Source: Octopus vulgaris (taxonomy: Eukaryota). Taken from it: a stretch of 64,000 nucleotides of DNA. The stretch spans positions 13,330,001 through 13,394,000 of the forward strand of contig OX597831.1 of assembly GCA_951406725.2 (NCBI GenBank), read 5' to 3'. The notes below the pieces were generated by a model. The model was given only the letters and a program-made list of their open reading frames with translations. It searched no databases and had not been told where the DNA came from. This document shows, in pieces, positions 1 to 15,065 of this stretch. The position numbers and the translations under genes were made by a program. Every line of letters starts with the position of its first letter. Positions within the stretch are counted from its first letter, which is position 1.

Positions 1-156
1 CCTACATTTCTCTCACTCTTTCTTCCCGTTTCTTGAGTAACGCTGCGATGGACTGCCGTCCCGTCCATCTGAGGGCGGAGGAACACATACGCCACAGAAA
101 CCGGGTAACCGGGCCCATGACCCTGGCTAGGCTTGAAAAGGGTACATAAAAAAAAA
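1..156 (+). mobile_element. 3' part of a tRNA-derived SINE (related to 52100-52401)
   Basis: ctgcgatggactgccgtcccgtcc...tacgccacagaaaccggg...A-rich tail; resembles the reverse complement of about 52100-52240. Confidence 0.7.
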
Positions 157-689
157 TGTGATTAATGCCTGATTAATCATAATCCAGGCACGGAATGTTT
201 TGTGAGACCTGAATAAATTCCTCATCATACATAATATAACATTATGTTCCTCAGCGTTTCCTTAAAAAGCAAAATGATGGAATTTGGAATGTATTCCTCG
301 TCGATTAAAGGGATCCGCTGTTTGCTCATTCTAATGTAAATTGAGACCGAAAAGAAAGGCATTTTAGGCAGCAGTTGTATATCATAAGTTGAGTAGATGG
401 AAATAGAAATGAGAGTCAAATAAACAAGTATTTTACAAGAATAATTTTAAAATTTCAAAAAAAAAAAAAAAAATGAAATAGGGAATAGGAAATAAGAAGA
501 ATGTTCATCCTTAAAATAATTATGAAATGCAATTTGTAAAGAAATCTTGGCAAAATTGCTTCAGTCGAAGCAAGAATATTAAATGTAGAAAAGCATGTGA
601 GATAAAGAATATGAATTAATAAGGGAAAAAATGTCTTAGAATATGGAAACGCATATTAAGCATTGTTCAAGCATTTGCCGTTGTCTTGG

Positions 690-1720
690 AGGGAGATGAA
701 TTAGAATAGAAGAGGGGCGGAGAGTTAGAATGAGGAAGAGATATATATAAGATAAAGCGGGAGAAGATAGAAGGCAAAGTGAGGGAAAAGAAAAAGAAAA
801 TGAAAGTGAGACTGTGTGTGTGTGAGAGAGAGAGTGAGAGAAAGCGAGTGAGAGAGAAAGAGAAAGAGAAAGAAAGAGTGTGTGCGTGTGAGAGAGAGAG
901 GTGTATGATATATAAGATGTGAAAATAGGGAAGTGAGATAGGATGGAAGAGTAAAATAGATAAAATAGATTTTGTACAGAGTGAAGGAGAGAAAAAAACC
1001 CGGAAAAATCAAAGGAGAGAAGAGAAAGAGAGAGAAAGAGAGAGAAAGATGAAATAATAAGAGAGAAGATGGCAAAGTTGGGAAACCAGAGAGAAAAAAG
1101 AGAGAGAATGGAGGACACAATGGGAAAATTGAGAGGAAGAGAGAGAGAGAGAGAGAGAGAGAGGGAAGGAAAGAGAGAGTGAGGGAGAGAGAAAGAAGGA
1201 AAGAAAGAGAGAGAGAAAGAAAGCGAGAGCTGAGATAAAGAGAAAGAAAAAAATAAAAAGAATAAAAACAAAGTAGATCATATAAGCTGAGAGAAAAGGA
1301 AGAGGTAAAGCAGAACAAAGGAAAAATGAGAGAGAGGGAGAGGGAGAGTGAGTGAGAGAGAGAAAAGCAGAGGGAGTGGGAGAGAGAGAAACAGAAAGAG
1401 TGAGGAAGAGAGAGGGAGAGATGAGTTGAGATGAGAGAAAAAGGTTACATAAATGAAAGCGCGAAAAGCCTCGAGAAAAAGAATGGTGGACAAATAGAAA
1501 GAGACAAAAGACAAAAAACGATAAAGAAACGTAGAGGAATAAAAAGCAGAGTGTAAGTGATAAAAAGAGAGCTAGTGAGAGAGAGAGAGAGAGAGAGAGA
1601 GAGCTAGTGAGAGAGAGAGAGAACTATGTGCACAACGAAAGTGACAGATATAAGCGAAGAAGAAAAAAAGAGAGGGGATCAAAAAGAAACGAATGAAAGA
1701 AAGAGAAGAGGCGGGAAAAT
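690..1720. repeat. GA-rich low-complexity / (GA)n tract
   Basis: Purine-rich plus strand with (GA)n runs; accounts for the F/L/S-rich ORFs. Confidence 0.9.
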
Positions 1721-1831
1721 AAACAAGTCATTATTAATAGAGATGAGGTTTTGGATTTTATTTCCAGTAACGTGACAAATGCCAACGCCAGGTAAGTTGA
1801 GGTTTATGTGAAAGACAGGTGAAATTATTAA

Positions 1832-1975
1832 CAATAATCCTTTCTACTGAAGGTAAAAGGCATAAAATTTGTGGGAAGGGAGCGAGTCGATTACATAGAC
1901 CCTAGTATATGACGGGTACTTAATTTATCCACACAGAACGGATGAAAAGCAAAATCGACCTGGGCGGAATTTGAA
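1832..1975 (-). mobile_element. Truncated copy of the dominant tRNA-SINE family
   Basis: ggtacttaatttatc...ggatgaaaagcaaaatcgacctgggcggaatttgaa matches copies near 33380-33450 and 37095-37160. Confidence 0.75.
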
Positions 1976-1993
1976 TATATATATATATATACA

Positions 1994-2122
<129 letters not shown>

Positions 2123-2482
2123 GTGTGTGTGAGCTGCAAAACCAAGGGCACTGTATACCAAATTGAGTGCCAAGAGGGAGCTTGTGCGACTAACCCAGAG
2201 TCATACATAAGTAAGACTTCTAGGAGTATCAATGATAGGTTCAAAGAAAACCTGGACAACTACATTGAAAGGAAGCCAAACTCCATCTTCTATCAACATT
2301 CTGTAGACTGCCACAAGGGATCCTTAGGGAAACTTAAGTTAAACATCCTATCAACACATCCCACCGATGCAATGATGAGACAGGTCACAGAAGCTGTTTG
2401 TATACAAGAATACAAACCTACTCTCAACCGAAAATCCGAATGGAGTAACATCCAGATCCCATTCAGGAGGACCATTCTATAA
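2123..2482 (+). pseudogene. Penelope-like retroelement GIY-YIG endonuclease C-terminal fragment, 5'-truncated
   Basis: Translation [12 protein letters not shown]...SYISKTSRSINDRFKEN...SIFYQH...RQVTEAVCIQEYKPTLNRKSEW fits the PLE pattern G-x-VY...YIGxTxR...R..EH...E...I...LN; YIG>YIS and EH>EN suggest decay; starts at the end of a (TA)n tract. Confidence 0.8.
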
Positions 2483-3848
2483 CCACCTCTCTCTCTCTCG
2501 TTTACATGTAATCCTTACATACATGTTGCAATGCCTGGTGCTAAAACACTTATGTGCAGTTATATATAACCGTATGAGCGTACGTTGTTTGTTACCTATG
2601 TGCGTGTGTGGTGCTATAAAAAATGCACATGCATGCACATATGAGTATGTATGTATTGTATATGTATGTATTGTATATGTATGCGTTTATGCATATATAT
2701 AATAATTTATATAAAAAAAAGAGCAGATAGGTTAATATAATGCATGTTCGATTTTTTAACCGTTGCCCTTGAATACTGTGTCATATTTTGTATGTATGTG
2801 TGTGTGTGTGCCGATGTATGTTTATACGTGTGTATGTGTGTGTATGTGTGTAATAGGACATATGTATGTAGAAGTGGATAAGCATATATGAGTATATAAT
2901 TTAAGGTTATAAGTGTATTTATGAGTGTGTCTATATGATTGTGTGTACTTGCGTATATGTATATGGTTATATGTGCACAGTTGCACCTAAACGTTGCATC
3001 CATTTACCGTTAGACGATGATGAGAGGAACAAACACCCACATATATATGTGTGTGCATCTATACAAACATACATGTGTGTATATATACAACCTTCAACAA
3101 AGTAACAGTCATGTACACAACTTGGACGGACACATACAAGTAGACGGACATACGTTCACATGCACATACACATGTACACACACACACACAGACACGTCTA
3201 CCCATTCTCCTAGATACACATACATACGTAGCAGATAAGTACAAACATACATACATACCTGCGTATGGGCATACACACGTACATACGCACGTACATGTAC
3301 ACCCACACATACATACGCACATGCATACGTGCGCATATACATACATACGCACATACGTACGTACGTTCATACACACATACATACATACACACATACATAC
3401 GTATAACCTGTACTAACTAGATGTAAGGGAGAAAAAAAAAGATAAGTAATAGTAAAACAATGTGATATAGAGATGAATGTCTGATAATAGGTCTTAGAAT
3501 TTTGTTTTGGGGATGAGGGTCGTAAATCACTTCCTAGTTTCGGCGGGGGAGTTTGAAATTTGATATTGTTATGATGAGTGGTCAGTCTACATCTATCCAT
3601 CACTACAGGTTTATAGCTTTACGTTTATAGTGTGTATGTGCGTGCATATACACACACATACATACATACATACATACATACATACATACATACATACATA
3701 CATACATACATACATACATACACGCATACATACACACAGGCGTACGTACGTACATACATGCATGCATACATGTGTGCATACATACACACATACATACGTA
3801 CATATATATAACGAACTAACTGTTACTTTCTCAGATGAAGCACGGATT

Positions 3849-3899
3849 TTTGTCAGTGAACAGGTCGCGGTCTTAAAGCGACGAAAATATTTTGACAAA
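3849..3899 (+). ncRNA. Minimal type I hammerhead ribozyme motif with G3-C8 core variant
   Basis: tttgtca-GTGAACA-g-gtcgc(ggtcttaaa)gcgac-GAAA-atat-TT-tgacaaa: 7-bp helix I, 5-bp helix II, palindromic helix III (AATATT), site UUU. Confidence 0.7.
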
Positions 3900-4037
3900 T
3901 TAAACTTAAATGTTGAAGTGAATCGAACGGCTTTTGTGTGTTTCATAAATGGCTTACAAACACCTTCCACGCTGCAATTGTTTTCGTTTCAGCACACGAT
4001 CTCAGATCAAATCACTTGCTATGCAGGTACATCTCCG

Positions 4038-4086
<49 letters not shown>

Positions 4087-5193
4087 TATGCGCTAAACCA
4101 CTTGGTGTTAAATTGACGTTATTATTAAATTAATATCCAATTTTTTCACCCTTATTTTTGATATATATATATATATATGATCAGAAAGGAAATATAGGAA
4201 AGTATGCATAAAGTGAACAAAAACCAAACGAAAGAAAGAAGAAAGAAAAAGAGTGCCAAAATCAAAGAGAAAGAGGAAATATGGCGGAAAGAAGAAAAAT
4301 AGAATAAAAGAACAATCGGAGGAATATGAATGGAAAAAAGATAATATGAATGAAGAAGCGAAACTTATGGGATTAGGATGAAAGGTTGCATATAAGGAAG
4401 AGGAGGGGAAATATAGCGAGGGAGAAGAAGATATGATCGAGATATTCGAGTTAGTAATATATTAGTATTAAGTGGAAATGATTTCTTATTTAGTTGAAGG
4501 AATACTTATTGGGGCTGTTTTAGTGCTTCGCTCAAAAGAAGGGGTTTTTGACAGCTACCAATTCTCACCGGAGAATGTAGCTTAAATCTGTAAAACTGAC
4601 AAGTTTTTTTTTGCTCTTTTCCCTTCTTTGTTAATGATTCTATTCTAAAGCCTGAGAGTTAGGTTTAATAGGTTTCTTCACTGGTTGGTTTTGCTGGCTG
4701 TTGTTGTTGTTAAGCATCAGGGACAATCCTGATTTTTCAGATGAGATGGTCAGCGGTATTTCAGCCATAATCGTTCTGCCATGTGTTGTTTTATTCTTTG
4801 ACTAGTTTCGGACATTAGACTGTGGCCAAGCCGGAGCCAAATCAACCTCGGTACATAGTTATATGCCTTGCTACTTATCCTATCGGTCTCTTATACAGAA
4901 CCACTACAGAACGGGGACGTAAACCAACCAATAATAGTTGTGAAGCGCAGTGAGAGGGCGATATAAGCACAAAGATACACACACATATGTATGCCAAGCT
5001 ACCATGCTCGTATATGCGTGTGCGGGAGTGTGTGCTTATATATATATAAGCTGTAGTGGAGAACAGTGCACACGTTGTGCTGAGGCTGACCAAAAGATCT
5101 TATTTTTAGATATATCTGGGGTACTTATATGTACTCATGATTTTTGCTTCGGCTTTTTTCCATGGGCGCATGTAAGTATTTCATTTATTTCTA

Positions 5194-5269
5194 TTCGTAT
5201 TTTCTACTGAAGAGGAAAGAAATCTATTATGAGATTAATTTCGAAATTGAAAAATATAGAAATAACGAA
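5194..5269 (+). ncRNA. Type I hammerhead ribozyme motif
   Basis: tttcta-CTGAAGA(5207-5213)-g-gaaa...tttc-GAAA(5243-5246)-tt(gaaa)aa-TA-tagaaa; helix I extended by ttcgt/acgaa; site AUA. Confidence 0.65.
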
Positions 5270-5516
5270 CTTTAAAAAAAAATTCTATCGGCCAGCTTCC
5301 CTCGATTTCAGCTCTTCGTGTTTTTCTGTTGCGAGTAAACAATATGTGGAAATTGACGATTTAAAAGTCTGTTATCAGCATATTGGCATAGAAATAATTT
5401 TCTTTTGCCCTTGTTTATAAGTTGTTTATAATTCTAACCTTTAAAGGTATTTTAATATGCTGCCACATTTTTCGATGGAATTTTTTTCTGTAAAAAACTT
5501 CATCCCACATTAGTAG

Positions 5517-5584
<68 letters not shown>

Positions 5585-5646
5585 CATATATATAATATAT
5601 ATATATATATACATATATATATAATATATATACATATATATATATG

Positions 5647-5678
<32 letters not shown>

Positions 5679-6152
5679 AATGTACATATATTATCGATCG
5701 CACATAATCTATGTTTTCTGTGTTCACTGGATTCGCTGCGATATAGCGCTTGGGGGCGACGCCTGTTAACACTGGTTTTCAAAATATCTGAAACTCATAG
5801 ACAGGCGAGGTACCTGGCATTGGATCGATTTCAGAAGTGATTGGGACCGGTGTTTCTCTACTAACTTGGTTTCCATAGATGTATATACTCCCACAAAGCC
5901 GGTGAATTGGTCAGAGGGGTAGTTTAACTTAATGGTAAAGCGTACAGCCGGAATCTTTGAAAGATATGGGTTCGAGTCTCCTGGCTCGACAAGACTTTAC
6001 CACTTTCTAAGTGTTATTTACCCAGTATTTCTTCTGTTCTAACAGCCATTCTGTGTTCGATAAAAATATCATCTAATTTGTATCGCTCTATACATATTCC
6101 GACAGTTATAAAAGAACAAAACACAGATGTTAGTTTGTTTTTATTTTTACAC

Positions 6153-6183
<31 letters not shown>

Positions 6184-7048
6184 CGTACACCCAAACACGC
6201 ACGTACACACACACACACACGACTGCTTCCGCACAGTTTCTGTCTATATCACGCACTGGGAATGAATCCAAAATCACACTGCCAAGTGTGTGCCTGCTAA
6301 GTTAAAATAAGAACAGAATAAAGAGCGAATTAGAGAACAGTATTGAGCCGTGATGCTTGTCTTTCTTATAGTTCTTTTGCTGATTTTCAACTATTGACTT
6401 GATAATATGCTCCTGCCACGGTCGATAGAATCAACAATACGTTAAAAAACAAGTGACCTATGGGTCACAAACACACAGAGCATAGTTGATTATGTATCGA
6501 CTCCAAAACTGTATAATTCAATAGTGAATATTTCATCAACTTCGGAGAAGAATGAAATAACAAAAGACATAACGAAATGTGGACTTTAAGACGATGAACT
6601 TAGAAAGCAAATAACGCAGGCAAAGCTGAGTTGTTACGAAACATTCTTGGCAACCATTTGGCTCCAATTTCAGTTCCACAACGTGGCAACTTGGACAAGT
6701 GTCTTGTTATGATGTCCTTGAGCCCCAGGGCAACCAATGCCTTATGTGTAAATTTGGCAGTGAGAATCCCTTTGTTTTCTAATCCAGGGAGGAGTGTGTT
6801 ATTTCTTTAACTGTTCTTTGATAACAAATGCGAAAAAGAACATTGGGATAAAGGAAGATAAACTCAGTCACATTTAGAGATTTAGAAATTTCCGCTCTAC
6901 ACTGATATAGCTGTTGTGTATGTATGTATGTATGTATGTATGTATGTATGTATGTATGTATGTATGTATGTATGTATGTATGTATGTATGGATGTGTATG
7001 TGTGTGTATGTATGTATGTATGTATGTATGTATGTATGTATGTATGCA

Positions 7049-7079
<31 letters not shown>

Positions 7080-7770
7080 ATCTATGTATCTATGTATGCA
7101 TGTATGTCCCTTCTATCAAGTAATTATTATAAATCTTCCACTGAGGAGGCAACCGGTTTCCAACAAAGATATAAGGCTCCATCTTTGGGATGTAAATACA
7201 GACAAATTCACGTTTGGAAGTTGAGAAAAGTCTTGCATATTTTTACTATTCCACTCTCAGGTTGGACATGTAATGTACGGATCAGCCGGTCAATTTTCTC
7301 TTTCTGAAAATCCCAGTTTATCCAGATTCTTCTTCAAGCATTTACTAACAGAACCCAGTGGTCCAATTATTATTGGCATGAATATGAATTCATAGTCTGG
7401 ATAAAGAAGCTTGGGTGTCGAAGCAGTTGTCCATAGATATCCTGTTTTCCTTTGATTTTCAATGCGATATTTATATCTGCAGGGCAGCTAACCTCTATGA
7501 TGGTACATATCTTTGCTCCTCTGAGCCAAACAACAATACTCGACCTGTTATGCTTACATTTCACAGAAGTTTTGATGGGAATATTACACCAGTATTTCTT
7601 CAGTAGGCATGTATGTATGTATGTATGTATGTATGTATGTATGTATGTATGTATGTATGTATGTATGTATGTATGTATGTATGTAGGCATACGTTTGTAT
7701 GTACGTACGTATATATGGATCCATCCTTACATGTATATATATTTATGCATGCATATATAATTATAATAAC

Positions 7771-7871
<101 letters not shown>

Positions 7872-8548
7872 TAATAATAATAATAATAATGTATACATAC
7901 ATACATACATGCATACATACATGCATACATACATATATAAATATATATATATATGTGTGTGTGTGTGTGGGTGTATGAGCTTATAGGGGTACTCTATACT
8001 GTTTTCTTCTTCCATTCTTCTCTAATCCACTTTTTCTCCCCTCTCGCTTTCACTATTTTCTATCTGTCTCTCTCTCCCCATCTTTCTCTGTGTTTTTCTC
8101 TCTCTCTCCCTCTTGTTGCTCACACGTAACCATCGTCTATCTTTCCTTTCCTCACGTGACCATCCTTCTTTTCTTGCATGGATGATTAAGGGATGAGCGT
8201 TTTTTCCCTCTCGTCTATCTTTTCTCTTTTCAAAGAGAATATTTCTCCCAGCGTTCAATCTTTTCTTTTCGTTCGGTTTCCTTGTGTGTCTCCACTGTTC
8301 TTTTTTTGTTCCAAACTTTAACCGTCCATATAGCTTAAATTTTATTTTAGAATTTATAGGAGCAACTATCTTTGAAGACTCATATTGTCGTTGAATGCTC
8401 GAAATGAAGAGTAGATAGACAGCTGACAACTGATCAAGGGTAGTTTCTCTGTGTTTACTTGTCTTCTTTTCCATATTTTCTCGTTGTTTACGTTTTTAAC
8501 TCGTTTGTCTACGTATAACATGTTGTTTACACAGTTAGTGACATCCTG

Positions 8549-8635
<87 letters not shown>

Positions 8636-10668
8636 TTGATATGTGTATTCACATACATACGCATATATAAATACGTACACATAGATATGTATATATAAAA
8701 ATATGCTTATGTGTTTATGTGTGCGTCTGTGAGTGTAACTGAGTGTGTTCGTGTGTGTATGTGTGTATGTATTTATAAACTATTTCTTTCTATGTGAGGT
8801 TTAGCACAGAGACGATTCAATAATAATCCGAAGGATTATTCGATATTTTAATAGAATATATATTTATCAATTATCATAGTTTCAAACATTTTCCCATTAA
8901 AATGTAACACACGCACGCACACACACACACACATACACACACACACATACACACACACACACACACGTGTGCGTGAGTGTGTATTGATTATTGTGTTTCT
9001 GTCTGTGTTTAAATACTCATTATGAGTTTTCCAAATGTTGCAGTCAAACAAATACTAATAACGAATTGGTCAAAACGAGACTATGGTAGAGGGAACTTTT
9101 CCCAGTTTTACACGTTATGCAATCGTACCTAGAACAACGTTTGCTTGAATCAAACGTGTTAACCGCATTTCTGCATCGAAGTTAGCTTTTTGTTGAGTTG
9201 GCATTACTAGTTAAAATGCCTAAACTCCTTTTCCAACTTTCTCTATCAATATGCATTCGTCTGTATCGATATTCCCTACGACTCGGTTATAACTCTATAC
9301 ATCAATGTTGTCTTTTACGAATTTGAAGCATTTGTATTAATCTTTTTCATTTGCGTCGCTATTACCTTCTTTTCCTTTTGTTCCCCCTCTGCTACTTGCT
9401 TGATATCATTGAATAGATTTTGATGCAATGTGCACCAGGGTAGTATTTTTAATACCAGACATATACATATTGTCATCTCCCGAAATAGCAGCAGTCAGCC
9501 ACACCAGTGATATATGGCAAACTTGAGATAGCCAGGCTATTATTAACCGTAATTTCCACCCAACCATGCAGCATATATTATTAACCCTCTGCTAAAGAGA
9601 TATAAAGCTGTCATTTCAACCATTAGTTTCGTTTTGTGTTGAAACGCAGATGTCAAGAATAACAGATAGCAAAACGAAATCTATTGGAAAAAAACAGAAT
9701 ATTTTTTAATGATTTCGAAATTAATTCCATGAAGACATTTCTCATTGTTTGTAGAATTGTCTTTCTTTTTGGTGAGTAACATTTAATTAGAGTTTTTATT
9801 CGTAAATTTATGTTTTTAGCTGGGAGATGATAATGGCAGACGAGAGAAATTTCTAAGGGTTGTGACGTCAATGGTTTGATGTTGATAGAATGCAAAGTTT
9901 TATGCGGTGAGACCGCACATAACCGGATCTGCTGTTATCAGATTAGCAACAATTTGTGTAAGAAGTTTGAATATCATTTCTTATATCTACGATGACATCG
10001 TAAAATGTATGCTTCTCTATTATTAGAAAGGTCAAATGACATGTAGGGGATTTAGCTTCGGTTTTTAGAATGCAGGGTCAAACACGTACACAATCCCTCA
10101 TTACTATTCATTCAGTTTTCATTCAGTTTATAATTTATCGCAAAGTAAAGATTATTTTCTAACATAATGTGGCAGTTGAATGTTACTGTTTTTTAAGGCC
10201 CAGGAAACATCGTCTCCTGCTGGCTTTACGAATATTGAGTCCTTATATTTTCGAACAAGGGATACTAAATATAGTATCCCCACTCAGCACAAAAAGTATC
10301 TGTGTATCGCGATTTCTGGGTTATTTCCCTTCATCGACACAGAATGACTGTTCGGCAAGAGGTGACGCTGCTAAATTCATGTTCGAAATATATAGTTTTC
10401 AAAATGACACACAGTCACTGATCTAATAAAATAAAAACATTCTATTTGTAAATCTTTCAACGAGAGACATTCGGTTACAGTAATCTAGGGTAAAGATCAT
10501 TTGGCAACATAATGTGACAGTCGAATTTTACTGTCACTTAGCCCCAGGAAACATCATCTCCAGCTGTCTATACGACACACTCTCTGTACCCTTATATTTT
10601 CGAACAAGGGAATTGAGCATCCCCACTAAACACAAAACAACATCCTCCTCCTCTTCATTATTATTATT

Positions 10669-11343
<675 letters not shown>

Positions 11344-11348
11344 ATTAC

Positions 11349-11447
<99 letters not shown>

Positions 11448-11674
11448 CTTCATCCTTGCTGTTATTGCTCTTGTTGTAATTGTCCCGGAGAAAATGTTTT
11501 GTAACATTTGTTCCGGTTTTTAACCTCTGAGTTCATATGCTGCCGATGTCAAATTTGCCTTTCATTTTCTTAGGATCGATGAGATATAAATACCGGTTCG
11601 ATGTAATCATCTTCCTCCATCCCTCAAAATGATGATGTTGTTGATCAGACAAAATCATCATCACCATCACTATT

Positions 11675-11715
<41 letters not shown>

Positions 11716-11940
11716 GATCATCACCACCACCACCATCATCACCACCACCATCATCACCACCACCACCATCATGATCATCATGATCATCATCATCACCTCT
11801 ATGATGATGATGATGATGATCGTCATTATTTACTATTGACTTTTTGATGAATGTCATGTGCTTCTATGAATAGAATCCTAGACCAAGGCCGTCGACAAGG
11901 AGAAGACTAAGAAGAAATCCCACGCAAACAAATGATTGAC

Positions 11941-11983
<43 letters not shown>

Positions 11984-14330
11984 ATAGATAAATAAATAAA
12001 TAGATAAATAAATAATGACAAAAATGTCTCTCAGAAAGAACATCTGTACCTTGTTATCGAATCTCGTGGAACAAAACAGAAAGGCACGTGTTTCTATATT
12101 TGTCTTTAAGATTGAAAAGTATTGCCTATCGAATGACATTTCAGAAGGTGCAGAATCGCTAAAATTGCACGTAAATCAATGCCGAAACTTCAAATGATGA
12201 AAGTCTCCCCGAGAATAGTGTCCACTTGTCATTAATAATGAGATTAGCGGAGCAATTCTGGTCGCTTTCATAGAAATTCCGACAAGTATTTGATTTAGTA
12301 TCATATTTCTAGGTTCTGAATGTCACTATCTCTGAGTGTTTCCAAGCAGAATTATATTCGGAATGTATCCGATCCGTTCATTGGTTATTATCGAAGTAGA
12401 ATCATCTTTCTCTTCATCATCATCCCTTTTGTGGAATGATACGGATAACATCTATGTTGTATCTTTGTTTCCTTCCATCTCTCTCTCTCTCTCTCTTCCC
12501 CACTCCATCCCCCTCTGTCTATCATTCTCTTTATTGTTTTCGTCTCTTTCTTCGGTTACTTGAAAGTTGCACCGTACTTAAATGTCGAGTTGCGAACGAG
12601 TTGATGACGGAAATATATCTTTGAATTATTATGGCTGCTTAATGGTTCTAAGGTAGAAAGTTTTATATTTGAAGTGACTGTTGTTTAGTTGCTGTCCTGT
12701 TGGTGATGGAAAATATTTCAGAATTTTTGTTTGTGGTTATTGCTGTTAATGTGGTTGTTGTTGTTGTTGGTGGTGGTGGTGGTGAAAGTGTTTAGACTTC
12801 CGGTAACTGATGTATCCTTATAGGTATATTGATGATGGACCATCTTAGAATCCTTAGAGCTGCTAAAGACTGTCAGTCGTTATATTTCCGCTTACAGTTT
12901 CATATTTGTGAATGTGTTGATGATAGAAGTAACAAACAGTTTTAGAATTATTGTTTGTGAGAAAGTGAGGTAAATGGCTTCATTTCCGATAATTGTTAGG
13001 GAAAACGATTCGTTAACTATTAAGATTTAGATAAAGACGCTGGATTGGCATACTTGTTGGATAAAAATAAAGTATTTGCTAACTAATAGGGTCGATTGAA
13101 TCGAAATACCCCTCCGTTCAGAATCTGCTGGCCTTGTACCTAAATCAGAAACAACAAAGCCTACGCGATTGTAGGTCCATTAGGATATTGAAAAGTGTTT
13201 TTGTCTGTGTTTGTTTATGTTGTATGTTCTATGTCCACCGTGGTCAATTGGTCTTTATTGCCTCCGGAGTCGATAGGATGAGGTACGATTAACGTACTAA
13301 GGACCCAGGGTATCAACTTACCCCCTTCTCTCAAAGATTGCCGGCCTTGGGCGTAAATGAAAAGCAGTTATTAAGTGTGAAAGAGGGATGGTAGTTTGAA
13401 AACATTGCTGGAGCATCAGTTAGATAACTTGCGGTATTTCATCCATCTCTTTAGATTCAGTGTTCAAATCCCACCCAGGTCAACTTTGCTTTTCATAGCT
13501 CCGGCTCTATAAAGTATTGCCATCAATGGTATTGACTTATTCACAAACCTGGATAACTGCTTTCCTTCTACCTAAATGAAAAGCAATAACAGGTTGCAAG
13601 GTAGTAGAACGGTTAGAGAATCGGAAAAATATCATACGGTATTTTTTTCGGTTCTTTACGCTGTTGGTTCAAACCTCACCATCATCAACCTTCCATTTTG
13701 GCATAGATAAAATAATGCAGTCTTCAAATAGAAGGGCCGATGGTATCGACTAACCAACTTCTATCAAAACTTTCAGGGCGTTGTACCTAAATCAGAAACC
13801 ATTAATAATCTAAAGAATTTTTAAGATTCATATTCTGAGTCAACAGTAAATTGGATAACAGACCAATAGTTTGGTGGAATATAAAATATTGTCGCTACGA
13901 ATTGACCCCAGGTCAGACATGATCGAGCAATCCCATGGTCAACTGTACAACAACCGTGACGATTCTACCTATTATTTTTCTTTCACTGGAGAGGGGAAGA
14001 TCATAGGGTATTTAGTATAATGTTATCTTGAGTGTCCTTCCGTTTTCTTCCCCATTTGAAGGGTAGTCCGGTGTGATGTGTGATGAGGGTGATTTCATTG
14101 ATAGTTTTAGCAGGTTCCAGGATTAAGCTGACATTTTCTTGTTGACACGAAGAAGTGTCAAATATCTACTGTAGAAGACCGATTCAATTGGATACACACT
14201 TCACTGTGCTATTGTTAGAAAAATATCTGACCCAGTGAATATAGTACAGGGTAACCAGTCGCATGGTTAAGTGTTGGTGTTGTATTCACCGGTGCTGTTT
14301 GGTTTTTACGTCTAAAACATAAAACAAATA

Positions 14331-15065
14331 CAAGATGCATTCCAAAAGATTTGAGAATCTTTCAGGAGAAACGTTTATTAATTTCAGTGAGGAACAAAAC
14401 TTTAATCTCCATCAGTGCAGAATCCTGCAACCACTTCATGAAAACTCATGAAAACAGAAGACCCCCAAAGTGAAGGTGACCAGGATATTATCACAGCCTT
14501 CTTCGTCTTCTCCTTCAGCATGGGGAACAAACAAAATTCACAGGGAGCAAGGTCTGGGCTGTAAGTACGTTGGGGAAGAGTTTTGATACAAGCCAGGATG
14601 GAATTGGGTATTGGTGCAATTGGGTACCTGGTGTTGGTGCCACAGACCCGATTGGTTGAATTCTTTCCTATTTTGATGAAATTCCCTCCAGAACTCCCTC
14701 ACAACCGACACACAAACCGAAAAGGAGATACTAGACTCATGCAAGTTAACCTCTAACCAGCCTGGACTATTTCATATGCTTTAGCAGAGTTTTTCCTGAG
14801 GTTGACACAAAACTTTATTACACAGTAAGGTTCCAAATTCTCTTTGCGTTTTGACATCATTCTGCAAATTATACAGTTGTGATAAAATGTTTACAAGGTG
14901 TGTGTTCAAAATCCTGGTACTGCCGTCTCCTTCACTCTGGTATAACAAAAGTTGGTTAATCAGCTTATTAGTTACATAATAATGAGGGACTAAAATTACA
15001 ATAATCTCAGACAGTTAACACTGCTTCTCCTAAAAAGAATCTCAAATGTTCTGGAATGCATGTCA
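14331..15065. mobile_element. Non-autonomous Tc1/mariner-type element with imperfect TIRs
   Basis: Left gcattccaaaagatttgagaatctttcaggagaa versus reverse complement of right end gcattccagaacatttgagattctttttaggagaa; TA on both flanks. Confidence 0.7.

Noticed and set aside
636-1514. Hydrophobic F/L/S-rich ORFs resembling membrane proteins
   Set aside because: Reverse complement of GA-rich low-complexity DNA, open in several frames
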